A stretch of 57,667 nt of DNA, filler included, from Dimargaris cristalligena (lineage: Eukaryota), in the NCBI GenBank assembly GCA_003614675.1. It is 2 parts of 2 records of this genome, joined end to end, with 100 filler letters (N's around TTAATTAATTAA, not from the genome) between each part and the next. Parts side by side here need not be neighbours in the genome. Positions count along the whole stretch, not along the records: positions 1 to 28,796 come from ML002494.1; 1 more part is not named here. One strand, given 5' to 3'. Under the pieces are notes generated by a model. The model saw only the letters and a program-made list of their open reading frames with translations. It was not told the DNA's origin and did not search any database. Below, piece after piece: positions 1 through 11,975 of the stretch (its first letter is position 1; each line of letters begins with the position of its first letter). Both the position numbers and the translations under genes were made by a program.

Positions 1-1
1 T

Positions 2-547
2 ATTATCGTTCGGGTTGAACGCCGGCTCTCATTTGATCGTACCCCCGAGAATGGGTGCAATATGAAGCGGGGCGTAACCGATATAGGCAAGCGCCTCAAC
101 AAGACCGACCCCGATCTTTACCAGTACATCGAAAAGTATTGGTCTATTGGTAACCACAAGGCCGATAAATTCTGGGAACATGCTTGGGTGCAACACGGGA
201 CCTGCATGACCAACCTGGAGGCCCAGTGCCAGGGCAACCAAGGTACGGAAGATCAGGCCGTCATTAACTACTTTGTCGCTGCCCGTGGTCTGCACGAAAA
301 GTACGACGTGGCCCAGGCATTGGCTGACAATAATATTCGCCCCGGCTCGTCCGCGCCCGTCGACAAATTCCGTAAGGCCATTGAAGAAGCCTTTGGAGCC
401 CCGGTGGTTATGCGCTGCACGAACAGTGTGTTGGATGGCGTGCAAGTGTGGTTTAAGGTGCGGGGTGGTAACGATTTTGAACCAACCGAACCCCTGATTA
501 ATAAGAAGTGCTCAGCCAAGACCCTCACCTTCGCCTACAAAAAGTAA
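2..547 (+). CDS. Ribonuclease T2 family protein, 5'-partial; CAS II motif altered
   Basis: Frame open from base 2 to TAA at 547. FWEHAWVQHGTC matches CAS II (canonical FWxHEWxKHGTC), and the Cys spacing and C-terminus are typical. CAS I and the signal peptide lie upstream of the window. Confidence 0.85.
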   Translation: MIVRVERRLSFDRTPENGCNMKRGVTDIGKRLNKTDPDLYQYIEKYWSIGNHKADKFWEHAWVQHGTCMTNLEAQCQGNQGTEDQAVINYFVAARGLHEKYDVAQALADNNIRPGSSAPVDKFRKAIEEAFGAPVVMRCTNSVLDGVQVWFKVRGGNDFEPTEPLINKKCSAKTLTFAYKK

Positions 548-1090
548 GTATGGCATACATTGTTATTATTTTTTCAATATTGCGGAATCAACATGTTACT
601 TTAGGCTTATCACCTGGTATCTGGGTTTTAACTTGGTACTAACTCAATTTCTGAACCATAAACCCAACTCCGATATTCCATCAAAATAGCAAAGTAAAGA
701 ATAGCTCAGGCGCCGATGACAGAAGCAATAGCGTAGATTTGTTTGACAGTGCCTCTCCCTCCCTCTGGGCTATGCGGACAATTGCCACCTTCGGCTTGCT
801 GACCATTGGCTTCGTAAGCTTACGCCGCGTCCTCAACATTTAATACAACCACTCGGCCATCTATATTAGCTATATTACATACATACCTATATATACATAA
901 TGAACCTACTTTAATACTACTAATTATTGCCTTTAAAACGTTTTAATAATTTATATGAATAAAGTTTATTATTTCACAAACATGGTGAAAATAGTTCTTG
1001 TAGAGGAAAATAGTTCGCTACTAGTGTCAATTATTTAGTGAACGAACTGGTGGCAAAGGAGAGGGGGGGTAATGAGATCTTCCAATCACC

Positions 1091-1663
1091 CTATTTCAAG
1101 TCAATTTTAACATCCAGCCTTTTAATTATTCTGGCGGGATTACCGGCCACCACGACATTCGGGGGTACATCTCTAGTGACCACGCCACCAGCAGCCACAA
1201 TCGCACCCTCGCCGATGGTGATACCGGGTAAGATGATGGCCCCTCCTCCGATCCACACATCGTTGCCCACATGGATAGGCTTGGCATATTCGATTCTCGA
1301 TGACCTTGCGACAGGGTCGAGCGGATGAGTCACCGTATATATTTGCACATGGGGGCCTAGCATGACATTATCACCAAACATCACGGGCATACAGTCCAAG
1401 ATGGTACCAAAGCCGTTCATATAGAAATTGCGTCCCACGCGGATATTATACCCGTAGTCAAAGTGGAAAGGCGGTTGGAGGTACGTGGTTTCGTCGCATT
1501 GGCCGAGAATTGCCTGGGTTAGGCGTTGCCGTTCACCATCGTCGGTAAACTTCTGCTCGTACTCAAGCTTGAGCGTGTAGAAATGCTTACGCTCGGCGAC
1601 AAGTTCGGGGTCGCTCCCAAAGTGCAATTCACCGGCCAGCATCAATTCTTTGTTGGATGGCAT
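1091..1663 (-). CDS. maa: Maltose/galactoside O-acetyltransferase (Maa/LacA-like, left-handed beta-helix), copy 1, 190 aa
   Basis: Motifs [41 protein letters not shown] and VVAGNPAR. Start placed at MPSNKELM by comparison with the paralog. Intronless. Confidence 0.92.
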   Translation of the reverse strand: MPSNKELMLAGELHFGSDPELVAERKHFYTLKLEYEQKFTDDGERQRLTQAILGQCDETTYLQPPFHFDYGYNIRVGRNFYMNGFGTILDCMPVMFGDNVMLGPHVQIYTVTHPLDPVARSSRIEYAKPIHVGNDVWIGGGAIILPGITIGEGAIVAAGGVVTRDVPPNVVVAGNPARIIKRLDVKIDLK

Positions 1664-3076
1664 ATCGAATACAGAGTTAACCAAAAAAATTACGCTACAA
1701 GGTGGTGTGGGTTCGTCGTGGAATAATATAAGGCAGTGGTACTGTCGGTTATTGTGTACGATTGTTACTTTTCTCGGCAGAAGCGTGGATGGCAGGCCAC
1801 CCAAAAATACAGAAAACAGATAATGAAATTCAAGTAGAAATTATATGGGCTAAGGGTCTGGATATATACAATGTTCACAGTAATGCCGTTTCATAATTTC
1901 ATAATTTCGTTGTGGGTTTAATAGAAGGCCGCTGACAAATAAGTGCATATCCCAGCCGACTCTCCTGGGTGGAGTGACCTAACTTTATTTATAGTCTGAC
2001 AGTGACTCGTTTACTTAATCCAGGGCCCGTTTTCACAGGAACGACATATTTTCCTACGTTTATCGGTGAAATATCTTACGTAGCCCATAATGGTGAAGGA
2101 AGAGTAGACGGGTCAACCCCTTGCCCTAGTAGAATATGTTACAATCACCGTATAACTTGGCAGGTTTGCTTTGCATGACCCATTCTCCATCTTTCCCACC
2201 CCAATTCATCTTGCTGGATGCCTCTCACAGGCACTTATCGTATGAGAATATGTCGTCCTAGGATGCATTTGGATCTGCGTAATGGGGATTATCTTGGCCG
2301 CCCCTCTCCCTGGCCAAGGGCTGAAATGGTTCGGCTGGAAGGTCTGTCAAGTCAACGCGGGTAGGCCACACCTCTACAACCTGGTAGTATAATAAAAAGG
2401 CACAACTTACAATCTGCCTTGACAGGCGAGATAAAGCAATACAATAAGAATCGTTTGGGATATATACATACTTCAGTAAACTACTATGAGGACATGGATA
2501 TTTAACGAAATGGCGAATGGGTCTGGCCAGGAAGTTTATACCTTGGATATGGCCTGTCGGGTTAGAAAAGCCAGGCGGTCTAGGCCCATAGACCTCGGCA
2601 TTTCATTTTATATCGATGAGTAATGTAAGGCATTACCGCCGATTTCGAAAAGAAATAGCCTATATGTCGGCAACGTTAAGCTAGTCCACCATCCTTAACT
2701 GGGAATATTCGACCCGGTATTTGACTCTGGACCGTCACCCAGTCCTATCAACTTTAACTTGGGTTCTACTGAGCGCTTCTGAGTATATAGTGGGCCTATG
2801 TGGATCATCTAGTCAACGAACTATCTACCATCATTTCGATATATTTAATTACTGTAATGAACACACGAACATTTCAACCCAACGCTAAAATTCCAGGATG
2901 TTTCATGGCGTTATTCAAATTTAAAATTAATACGATTCGCTGGCATTAACATTCAGCGATACACAACTTATTTCTGTATATTCAAAACAGTGTCAAATGT
3001 ATTAAAAAACGGATAGGATTGGCTGGAACGACCAACATATATTATATCACATCAGAACATAACCCAATAGACCGCC

Positions 3077-3658
3077 TTATTCTGACTCTTTCTTCTGCTT
3101 AGAGACCTCCAGACGCTTAATGACCCGGGCTGGATTACCCGCCACCACGACGTTCGAGGGTACATCCTTAGTGACCACACTACCCCCCGCCACCGTGACA
3201 CCATCGCCGATGGTGACACCTGGCAGGATAATGGCCCCTCCTCCGATCCACACATCACTGCCAATGACAATGGGCTTGGCAAACTCAACCATCGTGGACC
3301 GTTCGACCGGATCGACAGGATGGCCGGCGGTGTAAATTTGCACATGGGGGCCCAGCATGACATTGTCGCCGAACGTCACCGGCGCACAGTCCAGGATGGT
3401 GCAAAAAGCGTTCATGTAGAAATTGCGCCCCACGCGGATATTGTAGCCGTAATCGAGGTGAAAGGGTGGCTGGAGGTACGTGGTTTCGTCGCACTGGCCA
3501 AAGATGACCTGGGTCAGGCGTTGCCGTTCAGTGTCGTCGGTAAACTTTTGCTCGTACTCAAGCTTGAGCGTGTAGAAATGCTTGCGTTCAGCGATAAGTT
3601 CGGGGTCACCACCCCAGTAGGGCTGGCCGGCTATCATCAGTTCCTTGTTGGAGGGCAT
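3077..3658 (-). CDS. maa: Maltose/galactoside O-acetyltransferase, copy 2, 193 aa
   Basis: Same hexapeptide-repeat motifs; about 79% identical to copy 1 by manual count (40 differences in 190 aa). Intronless. Confidence 0.92.
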   Translation of the reverse strand: MPSNKELMIAGQPYWGGDPELIAERKHFYTLKLEYEQKFTDDTERQRLTQVIFGQCDETTYLQPPFHLDYGYNIRVGRNFYMNAFCTILDCAPVTFGDNVMLGPHVQIYTAGHPVDPVERSTMVEFAKPIVIGSDVWIGGGAIILPGVTIGDGVTVAGGSVVTKDVPSNVVVAGNPARVIKRLEVSKQKKESE

Positions 3659-5510
3659 GTTGAAAATGATTGTTGGAGTGCGATAATATTGACGAAATGG
3701 TGCTCAATACCAAATAAGACTGAGACGGTGGTACTGCTAGAGGTTTATTCGCGGGTCTCGCTAAGCTCAGTCGCTACGTATATGGCTGTAAAACCTGGAA
3801 ATAGGAAATGATCTTGGATAAAGATCCAATAGGTAGACAGGGTAGAAAAGGAAAGCTGCCTCAGCATAATTCAATGTGGTTAATATAATGAGCTGATAGC
3901 AGAAAGAGAACCTAATGATCAACCTACAGTATATTTCCAAAGCCTTATTCCAGAGTATAAGGCGGGGTAGAGCTGGAGTAATCAGTATCAGGCTGATTAG
4001 TTCACAGTCTCTTCCCACTCACTACTATACCCAAACCACCTGCCCCCTTGGTATTGGTGGAAACGTCCTGCACTGCCCCTCCAGCTTGAGGGAAACAACC
4101 AGAAGAAATGGGCAACGGTGTCCTTTCAAACACCCATCACTATCGTGAAAGGGGAGGTGGCGTATAGCTGTCAAGCGAACGAATCCCTCACCCAGCTCTA
4201 TGACCGTATAGCCAATGCTATGTGAGACCTGCTTACCGCTTTCCATCCATTTCTCCCCTTAATGGTCCGTACTGGTATCCTAGATTATTGGTGAAACACA
4301 CTCGCCCCACAATCACTTGGGAGAGAGGCCCCTGTGGCTGAATAACAACAGCCTGGTGGTGTGTTATCACTAATGTAACCTTCCCATCTGCAGGTTCCAG
4401 GTTCCGGTATATTCCCATCTCGGTGATTTGATTTGAGGATTTGGTATCCCATACATTTATACACACAATTCCATTCAACGGTCCTTTGTAGGGGGGCACA
4501 GTCGCTTTTACCATGGCCGAAAGGGTGTCGGCAGGAGAGAAGGGTCTTACCTAATCCCACACCAAACCAATGTATACCTTTCGTATTCTGGACAATATCG
4601 CTTGTATAGCGCTGTGATTTTAGATATCATTTTCTATTCTCTCAGCAGCAGCTCCAACAACTGCATTTGGAAGTCGGCAATATAATTATTTAAAACGAGC
4701 GTAGTTTCCGGGATTAAGAAGTGGTGTATTACATACAGGTATACCGAATAGAGAGCGTAACGGTTCTACAAATATGTAGTCCAGAGTACCCAGTTTGTAT
4801 TCCCACCCGATTTAGATACGCAGGTAGTACTGCATAGTCCTTTTCGGAGTTGTCTAACATTATAAGAGCGGTTACCCAACTGTCCGAAATAGGTGGCATT
4901 GGCTAGATTGGAAAGACTAAGGTCCGGAGGTGGACATTGTAGCGATTGGAATAGTCGAATTTATCAACTGGCAGAGCGAACCTGTGGCCATTTTTACGCA
5001 ATAGAAATATTAATACACCCCTTATTTCGATGTAATGGCGTATACGTAGAGGAATTTGGGGAAAGTTGTACAGACAGCGCAACAAACTGTTTCGAAATGA
5101 GGGACGCAAAGTAATCGACCCTATAGTCTATTTCCATTCGACCATTTGAATAATCATCATTGAGCTGTCATAGCACGTGCCTCGTAGAAAAACCCGTCGA
5201 ATCATATATTCGCTAGGGTGGGCACTTCCCGAAGGCATTGTATTTTTCGCATGGTTCGTCATACCCTAGCGTAAATAGCTCGTTATCAACCAAAACATCA
5301 GCAGGCATTGGTTACAGGGTACTGCTAATTGGCTAAACCGGTAACTGCCTACCCGGGATTGGTCTTGGATCAGTTGGTAGTACTACACCTGTGCGCTACA
5401 GGGAATTACAGGTGCAGTGTTATCGTAACTTTAAACACAGTCTCTCTCAGCTTCTATCGAATAATTCAACCTTCCCAATGTATACCTCCCACCCTCACTT
5501 ACCGACCTTT

Positions 5511-5630
5511 CCTAAGAAGCACTGTCCCACTCACCGATCTATCCTAGGAAGCACTGTCCCACTCACCGATCTATCCTAGGAAGCACTGCCCCACTCACCG
5601 ATCTATCCTAGGAAGCACTGTCCCACTCAC
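5511..5630. repeat. 32-bp minisatellite, about 3.75 copies (cctaggaagcactgtcccactcaccgatctat)
   Basis: Units start at 5511, 5543, 5575 and 5607, head-to-tail without spacers, with only 2 substitutions. Confidence 0.95.
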
Positions 5631-6527
5631 TGAAGATATTTCGATTATCCCTCCGGATAGGCTAGTTGGACCAAATGGACTGTATCAGGTAGTTGGCAAA
5701 GATAACCATCACTAACCATATTGTAGTAATCGCGTAATATTTAGAGCCCATCATTATTTCGGCTGTGGACACGATTGACAATGCTGTTTCCCTAATCTGT
5801 TGGGTCCAAACAAGTATTAATTTGGCCACCGAAATGGCTGCGCACCCTCGTGCAAAAGATGCGCTTGTTCAGCAAGTCCGCCCAGACCTGCCACTGTGCC
5901 GACAGTATGTAAAGGAGAGTTACCAGCAAATGACCCCGCGCAGAAATAGATGCATTCCAAAGTCAGTTGACCGAGCCACTCTTTTTAGACTCGGACCCAC
6001 CATCGCCTCCCACGGACTAAAAATAGAGCCCAGCTCGAACAATGTGGGCCATTTATCTTCTGGTGGTCTTTTTTTTCGATTGGAAAGGCAGCTTCCAACA
6101 TCACTGCCTGAAGCAGTACAGTATATCCAATCATGAAGGTTGAGCCAATAAGGTGGTATTATTAAGCAACAATAGCGCAAGCTAAGAGACATTTGTTGGG
6201 GGAGTATGGTTATGGGCAAATATAGTGGTCGGAACTGCACATACTAAATAAAAAGGGATACTGAAGGAGTGTGACACCCCGGTTAGTAGTGTGTGGGGTT
6301 TAAGAGGATAACAAGGCGGGGAAGTGGGAGCAGCAAAATACAGTAGGGCAAACGGGGGAGAATCCCTCGCCATTGTCCCCAGGTAAATGGTGATGGGGAT
6401 GGGTATATTATTAGGCGGGATAAAGAAAGAAAAGAGATCATATGAGCAAGCTATATTTTTTTTAGATGTTGGAGATAAAAAAACAAGGGGGGTGGGTGAG
6501 AGAGAGAGAGAGAGAGAGGAGTGCGCA

Positions 6528-7562
6528 TTAGTAGTTTAGTGATACATTGTCGGTGAGAATGGCGTTGTCCAGAGCCTTCCGGGTAGAGTTCCGCAGGCCT
6601 TCCCAGAGCTGTGAGTGACCGCTCGAGGGAATATCCGAGGGGTCGTCCTTGCGGCGAATTTGGGAAGCCTGAAGGGGATCGGCGGAGAAGGCGGAGATTT
6701 TATCATCCCAGCCGAGTTGGGAGATCATCGAGTCGATGGCGGCGGTGGGTTTGCTTAATAAGCTCAATAATTTGCGGGCGCCCTTCTGGGAAACCATGTA
6801 GGCATGGGTACACCAGGGCCCCTTCAATTTGCGAATGCCGTGTTCCACGTCGTACATGGTGCCGATATGGTCCCCGGAACTACAGTGTCCCAGGTAGTAC
6901 ATATCCCAGTTCTCGGGCAGGTGGGTCAGGGCCTGTTCGACCAAATGGGCCAGTTCCACTTCGACATCCACGTCGTCTTCCAGAATCAGGGCGCGCGGGC
7001 GGCCTTTGGCTACCACATCCTGGTAGACGTTCATATGGCTACGCCAGCAAGCCACCTGGCCATCCCCCACTTTGTGTTCAACGGCACTGGGCGGCTTGAA
7101 CTCAATGGTCGCGGGGGTGGATGCCATCAGGAAATCGACGGGAATGCGCAGGAAACGCATCATATTGGTGATGACGTCCCGGCGGTCCGTCCGTTTACTG
7201 AGGTTGATGACGTAAACATGCCCCAAGACCTGTTCGTTGCGGTGTTCCTCAGTGACGATGGCTTGGGCCCGCAGGACCTCCATTGCCAGGGGGGGTGGGG
7301 TCGCAGTAGCTACACCATCGGCCCAGTTTTTGGTGTAGGAGTCCAGTTGCGTGCGGGCGGTCTGAAGAGTGGCCAACGTAATGGTGGTGTTAAAGATGGC
7401 CAGGCCGAGTAAAATGGTGCCGAACAGGGCGGCCGAGATTACCAGTGGTTTCGGGGCTAACCAGGACGACCGGCGTGCGGGGGAAGCGTGGTTGGGATAC
7501 AGGGCTTCCTGAAGGTTGTCCGACTCAGTGTCGTAGTCGGTATGGAGAGACATTTTGGACAT
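6528..7562 (-). CDS. Glycosyltransferase family 25, type II membrane protein
   Basis: Motifs VYVINLSKRTDRR, GQVACWRSH, ALILEDDVD, WDMYYLG and THAYMVSQKGARKLL. One N-terminal TM segment (LVISAALFGTILLGLAIF). First ATG at 7562. Confidence 0.88.
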   Translation of the reverse strand: MSKMSLHTDYDTESDNLQEALYPNHASPARRSSWLAPKPLVISAALFGTILLGLAIFNTTITLATLQTARTQLDSYTKNWADGVATATPPPLAMEVLRAQAIVTEEHRNEQVLGHVYVINLSKRTDRRDVITNMMRFLRIPVDFLMASTPATIEFKPPSAVEHKVGDGQVACWRSHMNVYQDVVAKGRPRALILEDDVDVEVELAHLVEQALTHLPENWDMYYLGHCSSGDHIGTMYDVEHGIRKLKGPWCTHAYMVSQKGARKLLSLLSKPTAAIDSMISQLGWDDKISAFSADPLQASQIRRKDDPSDIPSSGHSQLWEGLRNSTRKALDNAILTDNVSLNY

Positions 7563-8752
7563 CGTGGACAAAGATGATGTCGAGGGGAAGGGGAGGGGGC
7601 GTCGAATAGGTATGCAAGGGAACCAGCGGGCGGGGCTTGCTAATATAGATTTGATGAACAAATGGAAGTGCCCCAGGGGGATTTAATATCAAGATATATG
7701 TATGGGATGGGGGAGCCAGACTATGCCAAAAGAGGCGGTGGTGACCTAGCGGCTAGGGACAAAATAATTGTTATATACGTGATAGGTTCAGCTAGAATTG
7801 AAAAAACAAATGCGCCAGACGAGGAGTAGAAGGGGGTGGAGGGATTTCTGAGGGTTTTATATCTTCCAAGCAAAGACCAGGTGCCGCCCATAAGGTGTGC
7901 CGAGTATTACTGTAATCAAGCCGTATGGCCAGAGCCCCCTAGAAAGAGATTCCACTGGTGTGGGGGATTGGCCATCACCTCCCATAACAAATGAGCAAGA
8001 AAACTGCTTTACACAATGCCACCGTACCAATCACAATAGCCAGAAAAACGCGGCGTTGACCAACAGCTGCTGCTGTGCCCGCTCAAGGCCGTTGGGAGCT
8101 AAGTCATCCATATCTGGTGTGGCAGATTTCTATTGCCTTTCCCCGGGCCATCCCACACAGTAGTCCATTCATTGCCGTGATCAGCAAATACCGCCCTCCA
8201 CAACGTTGGTCATTGGATTCCCGAAGCATTAAATGCCTCGAATTGGTTGGGTAAGCCCGATCTGTAAGGTTGAATGGGTGGTTAGGCTATTCCATCTGGC
8301 CCATTGCCCCTTTACCGGGTTTATTTTTTGTCGGTAGCTAGTAGACAAAAGCAAGTACTGTTATTTCAGGGGGGTAGTATTCATCGGGTGTATCCACTAA
8401 AAACACCTGCAAAAGAAATGTATAGGATAACACTAGGAAACATAAAGAAATGCGCAAAATATGGACTCACTGCCGATAAAGAGCGGCGGGCTTACGTAGT
8501 TAACAGTGTCCTAAAAAGGTAATGCCCAGCACTATTTGTTTGGAATGACCATAACCGCTGATACAAGTTATACGTGGTGGATGTTGACCCACAAGCAATT
8601 TTCTGTTATTTATAAATTAGTCCAAGCTATAGTTACGCTGCCCCCTTTACATATAGTAAGGGGTAATACTCGTCCGAGTACTGGCACCCGGGCCGTGAAT
8701 CTACAGTGCGTAGAACGCCGTGGAATGTTGACCACCCCCATGTAATACATAT

Positions 8753-8888
8753 GGGAGAAGTTCATCCAAGCTGTATAACGAAAAATCCATTAGATTCGGT
8801 CAATATTACTAGTTAAAAATACATTTCCCTTATATTTTCCCATACACGTATAATGTAAACCCTTATATAGCTGGGCCGAATTTCACCC
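8753..8888 (+). mobile_element. 136-bp MITE-like element, copy 1
   Basis: GGG...CCC termini, about 26-bp imperfect TIRs (gggagaagttcatccaagctgtataa / gggtgaaattcggcccagctatataa), ATAT on both sides, and homologous copies elsewhere in the window. Confidence 0.85.
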
Positions 8889-10549
8889 ATATGTAAGACG
8901 CCCCACCTTTAACCCGTATGTCGCCAAAAACCATTACTAGATGCTTTAATATTCCTCCAGCCACATCCTTGGCAACGCCTCGAAACGGCCAATTGTAGGT
9001 CAGTGAGAAAGAAGGAAGAAGGGGGAATAAAGGCCCGAGATGGAGTAGAGGAAAGTGGGTCTGGCAAAGCTAGCCAATTACTGTTATACCTCATTGGAAT
9101 TACTGGAATAAATGGACGAAATGAAGGCCCATGTAACTTCGTTAATCCAGTGGAATTTGAAAATCGCAATCACTAAAGAAATCCTCGACATGCCACTCGC
9201 TAGTTATTATATAGGTCACGGCTATACATGTGTACAGATTTACCAATGTGCGGGCCGTAGTCCTCAAACCAACAGGAATGCCAAATGGGAGAGGTTTCAC
9301 CGGAACCACTTGGGCTTAACTGCTATAGGAATAAAACGCATAACCTAATGGCATTTGTTCCCAGTCACTTAGACTATATGGTCGCTGGCCTCCCAACTAC
9401 TACTGCCTTTAATCGGACTTAGATTCAGTTACAGTACTGTCGTGCTCGTAGATTCCCCAAATGGGTGGATCACCGTCGGTGTTTGGCATTTACTTATTCC
9501 CTGTGAGAATGGAAAACAATGCCAGCGATCCACCTACACACCAATCCAAAGTGCTTAACCTGTTTGATGGTCCTTAAGAGCCAACATCATATCGCCCACA
9601 TCGATTGGGCCATTTGCCATTTGGGTGACGATCCATAAAGAACCGAGAATGTGCCTTGGTATAGGGGCAGCTAACATAGGCGGTGTACGGATTAATGGAT
9701 GACCAGAGGCCGCCCACCGATGGCCAATATACCCATATAAGGGTGGTGCGATCAATTCAAATTAATGGCAAGTAGAAAGAGCAATGAGAGTCCACGTATT
9801 AAAAAATGGTAGCTTTCAAAATAAATAAAAGGCCTTACGTTTAAGTATGGTTTAGGAAATAGGCACAGCGGGTGGAAACACAAACAACGATTCACCGCCT
9901 GACGAAGGGGTAGCCTCCTAGGGGTCCAGAGTATTCGACATACGTGTATTAGAATTGGGGGATTGAACTGCATTACAAGATACCACAAGTACGCTAAAAC
10001 TGCTCCCTTTTTTGCACCCCTGATTTTATCACCGGGCTGTCTACTACCGCCAAGGTTCCCGCTACTTCAATTCCATATTTTATGAAGTAACTTAACACGT
10101 TATTGGACCTTATCTAGACGTCAATATGATTGCGCTTTGTGCACGAGACCTGTGTGACCTTCCGACCCTCCTGTTAAACAAGGTTCCGTCCAGGCCTGTG
10201 GTTAACCGGTTGAAAGCATACTGCAATATTTTTCAAGCCTAACGGCTAAGTGAGTGGTTTCATTAGTGGTCTTCCTGCCCCGACCAACTGGGAAGAATGA
10301 GGCAGTGTTGATATACCTTTATTAGTCAGCATCCTTCTATCAAACGTGGGCTATTTTGGGCTGGTGGTGTGATTTATTGCTATGTGAATGAGGAAATTGA
10401 GGTAGGTTGTGTTATATTTAACTCTGGGGTGGTAGCCACCCCCTTCTCTTTTCGGGGTTTCACAGTTCTTGATTATCCCCAAAATTTCTCAACTCCGCAA
10501 ACTGGCAGATTGGCCAACACAAACGAAACAATATCCCACCGAATTTACA

Positions 10550-11260
10550 ATGGAAGCCTAGCTGCTGTCAGTTTTTGTTATTGCCTATGGCCAAACACAC
10601 TAGTAATTCTCAGGATTCACTCAATCATATATATACAAAACACTAAACTGAGTGGACAGTTAGGAACCGTTTTTATCAAAAATATTATTTATCTGGTCCA
10701 TGGTAGTAGCAAGTCGACTTATAGGCGGCTAGAATCAATTTTAGCTGACATAAGTCCACTACCTCATTAGAAATAATCGAAATTGTCTCTACCACTTGGC
10801 CACGTGCTACTAAACAGCGCAAACCACCGCATACCGGCATTTCCAACTATTGCACTAATGGGTGCCGAGTCTGTACCCGCTCTGTGGGTGGAAATGAAGC
10901 GGCAGTATTTTCTGAATCAACTATACCGGATTTCACCATTTACTTCCCAAAATTGGTCAATGTCAACAGCCCTTTGAGGTACATTGACCTACAGCTGAAC
11001 AACACAAATCATTCGACCAATATCCGGTATGGCGAATTGAGAAACCACACTCAGGGGAAAGGCCTGTGTATTGCCAAATAAATAAATGCAGGCGATAGTG
11101 GTGGGCATGGGTCAAGAGGGGGGTGGTGGTAAAATGGGATAGCTCACTAGGTGATTGGCCCTGTCCTTGTTGGGAGACCCTAGGATTATTTCATGATTAC
11201 TCTAATGTTGGGTGGACTCTGATAAGAATCAAGTATCTAGAGCCGGTCAATAGCCGAAAG
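10550..11260 (+). pseudogene. Possible decayed trypsin-like (S1) serine protease
   Basis: GLCIAK*INAGDSGG in one frame (GDSGG at 11091-11105), signal-peptide-like remnant MEA*LLSVFVIAYGQ at 10550, and multiple stops and frameshifts. Confidence 0.3.
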
Positions 11261-11513
11261 GTGTATGTTTTCTTCTGGTACGGTTATTATTATAAGGTAT
11301 TATCATCATACATTACAAACCCATTTATTAGTTGGAAAGAATGCCAAAAACCCACATGGTGGTCCAGTTGGCTAATTGCTATTATGATTGATATATTTAT
11401 GGATTGTAATTAATACTGTAGCCCAACCCGAACCTCATTGATGTAGATGGCGAGATTCCACACTCCAACGACCAGTGTTAGAAATCCAATTATCCCGTCT
11501 CACTGATTCTACA

Positions 11514-11600
11514 GGTTAAATTCGGCCTGGCCATAAAATAATTTATATGGTTGAAGTTCAGCTTGGTTGTACAAGGTTTTAACCGATATGTGTATGGGAA
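11514..11600 (-). mobile_element. Truncated MITE fragments (TIR-like 11514-11537; partial inverted copy 11549-11600)
   Basis: atatggttgaagttcagcttggttgtacaaggttttaaccgatatgtgtatggga resembles the reverse-complemented right end of copy 1. Confidence 0.55.
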
Positions 11601-11620
11601 AATAGGCGAGTGGCTCATAT

Positions 11621-11756
11621 GGGAGAGGTTCAACTTGGCTGTATAACAAAAGATCCGCTGGATAAGGCAAACAGTACTGGTTAAAAATAAATATCCCACC
11701 GATTCTCACATACACGTATCGTTTAAAGCCATATATAACTGTTCCGATTTTTCCCC
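11621..11756 (+). mobile_element. 136-bp MITE-like element, copy 2 (diverged)
   Basis: Colinear with copy 1, same length, ATAT at 11617-11620 and 11757-11760. Confidence 0.8.
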
Positions 11757-11975
11757 ATATGCACTTTTTTGAATAGCTACAGGCAGGATTTGAGTTTACC
11801 ACTTACTTTTATAGTTGTAAGAGGGGCGTAATAGATATCAATTTGTAGGATTGGAAAATGCAGGAATCCGGAATGAACTGGGCAAGAACTGTGAGCCAAG
11901 CTCAGCATTTGAGGCGATAAATATAATTACAAATACCGATATAACCAGCGAGGATACTACCAGACTAATAAATAT

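Noticed and set aside
1664..1804. N-terminal extension of acetyltransferase copy 1 in the ORF track
   Set aside because: It uses a non-ATG start and is absent from the paralog; the same applies to the track extensions of GT25, CWC23, PEX14 and TKL1.
1847..2086. Second MITE type bounded by tatgggcta / tagcccata
   Set aside because: Only a 9-bp inverted match, imperfect flanks (ATAT/ATAA), and no second copy in the window.
5511..5630. CRISPR array (32-bp repeats)
   Set aside because: The repeats are contiguous with no spacers, there are no cas genes, and the context is eukaryotic.
3767..6373. Short ORFs of 60-125 aa between the acetyltransferases and GT25
   Set aside because: No recognisable motifs, many non-ATG starts, and overlaps on both strands.
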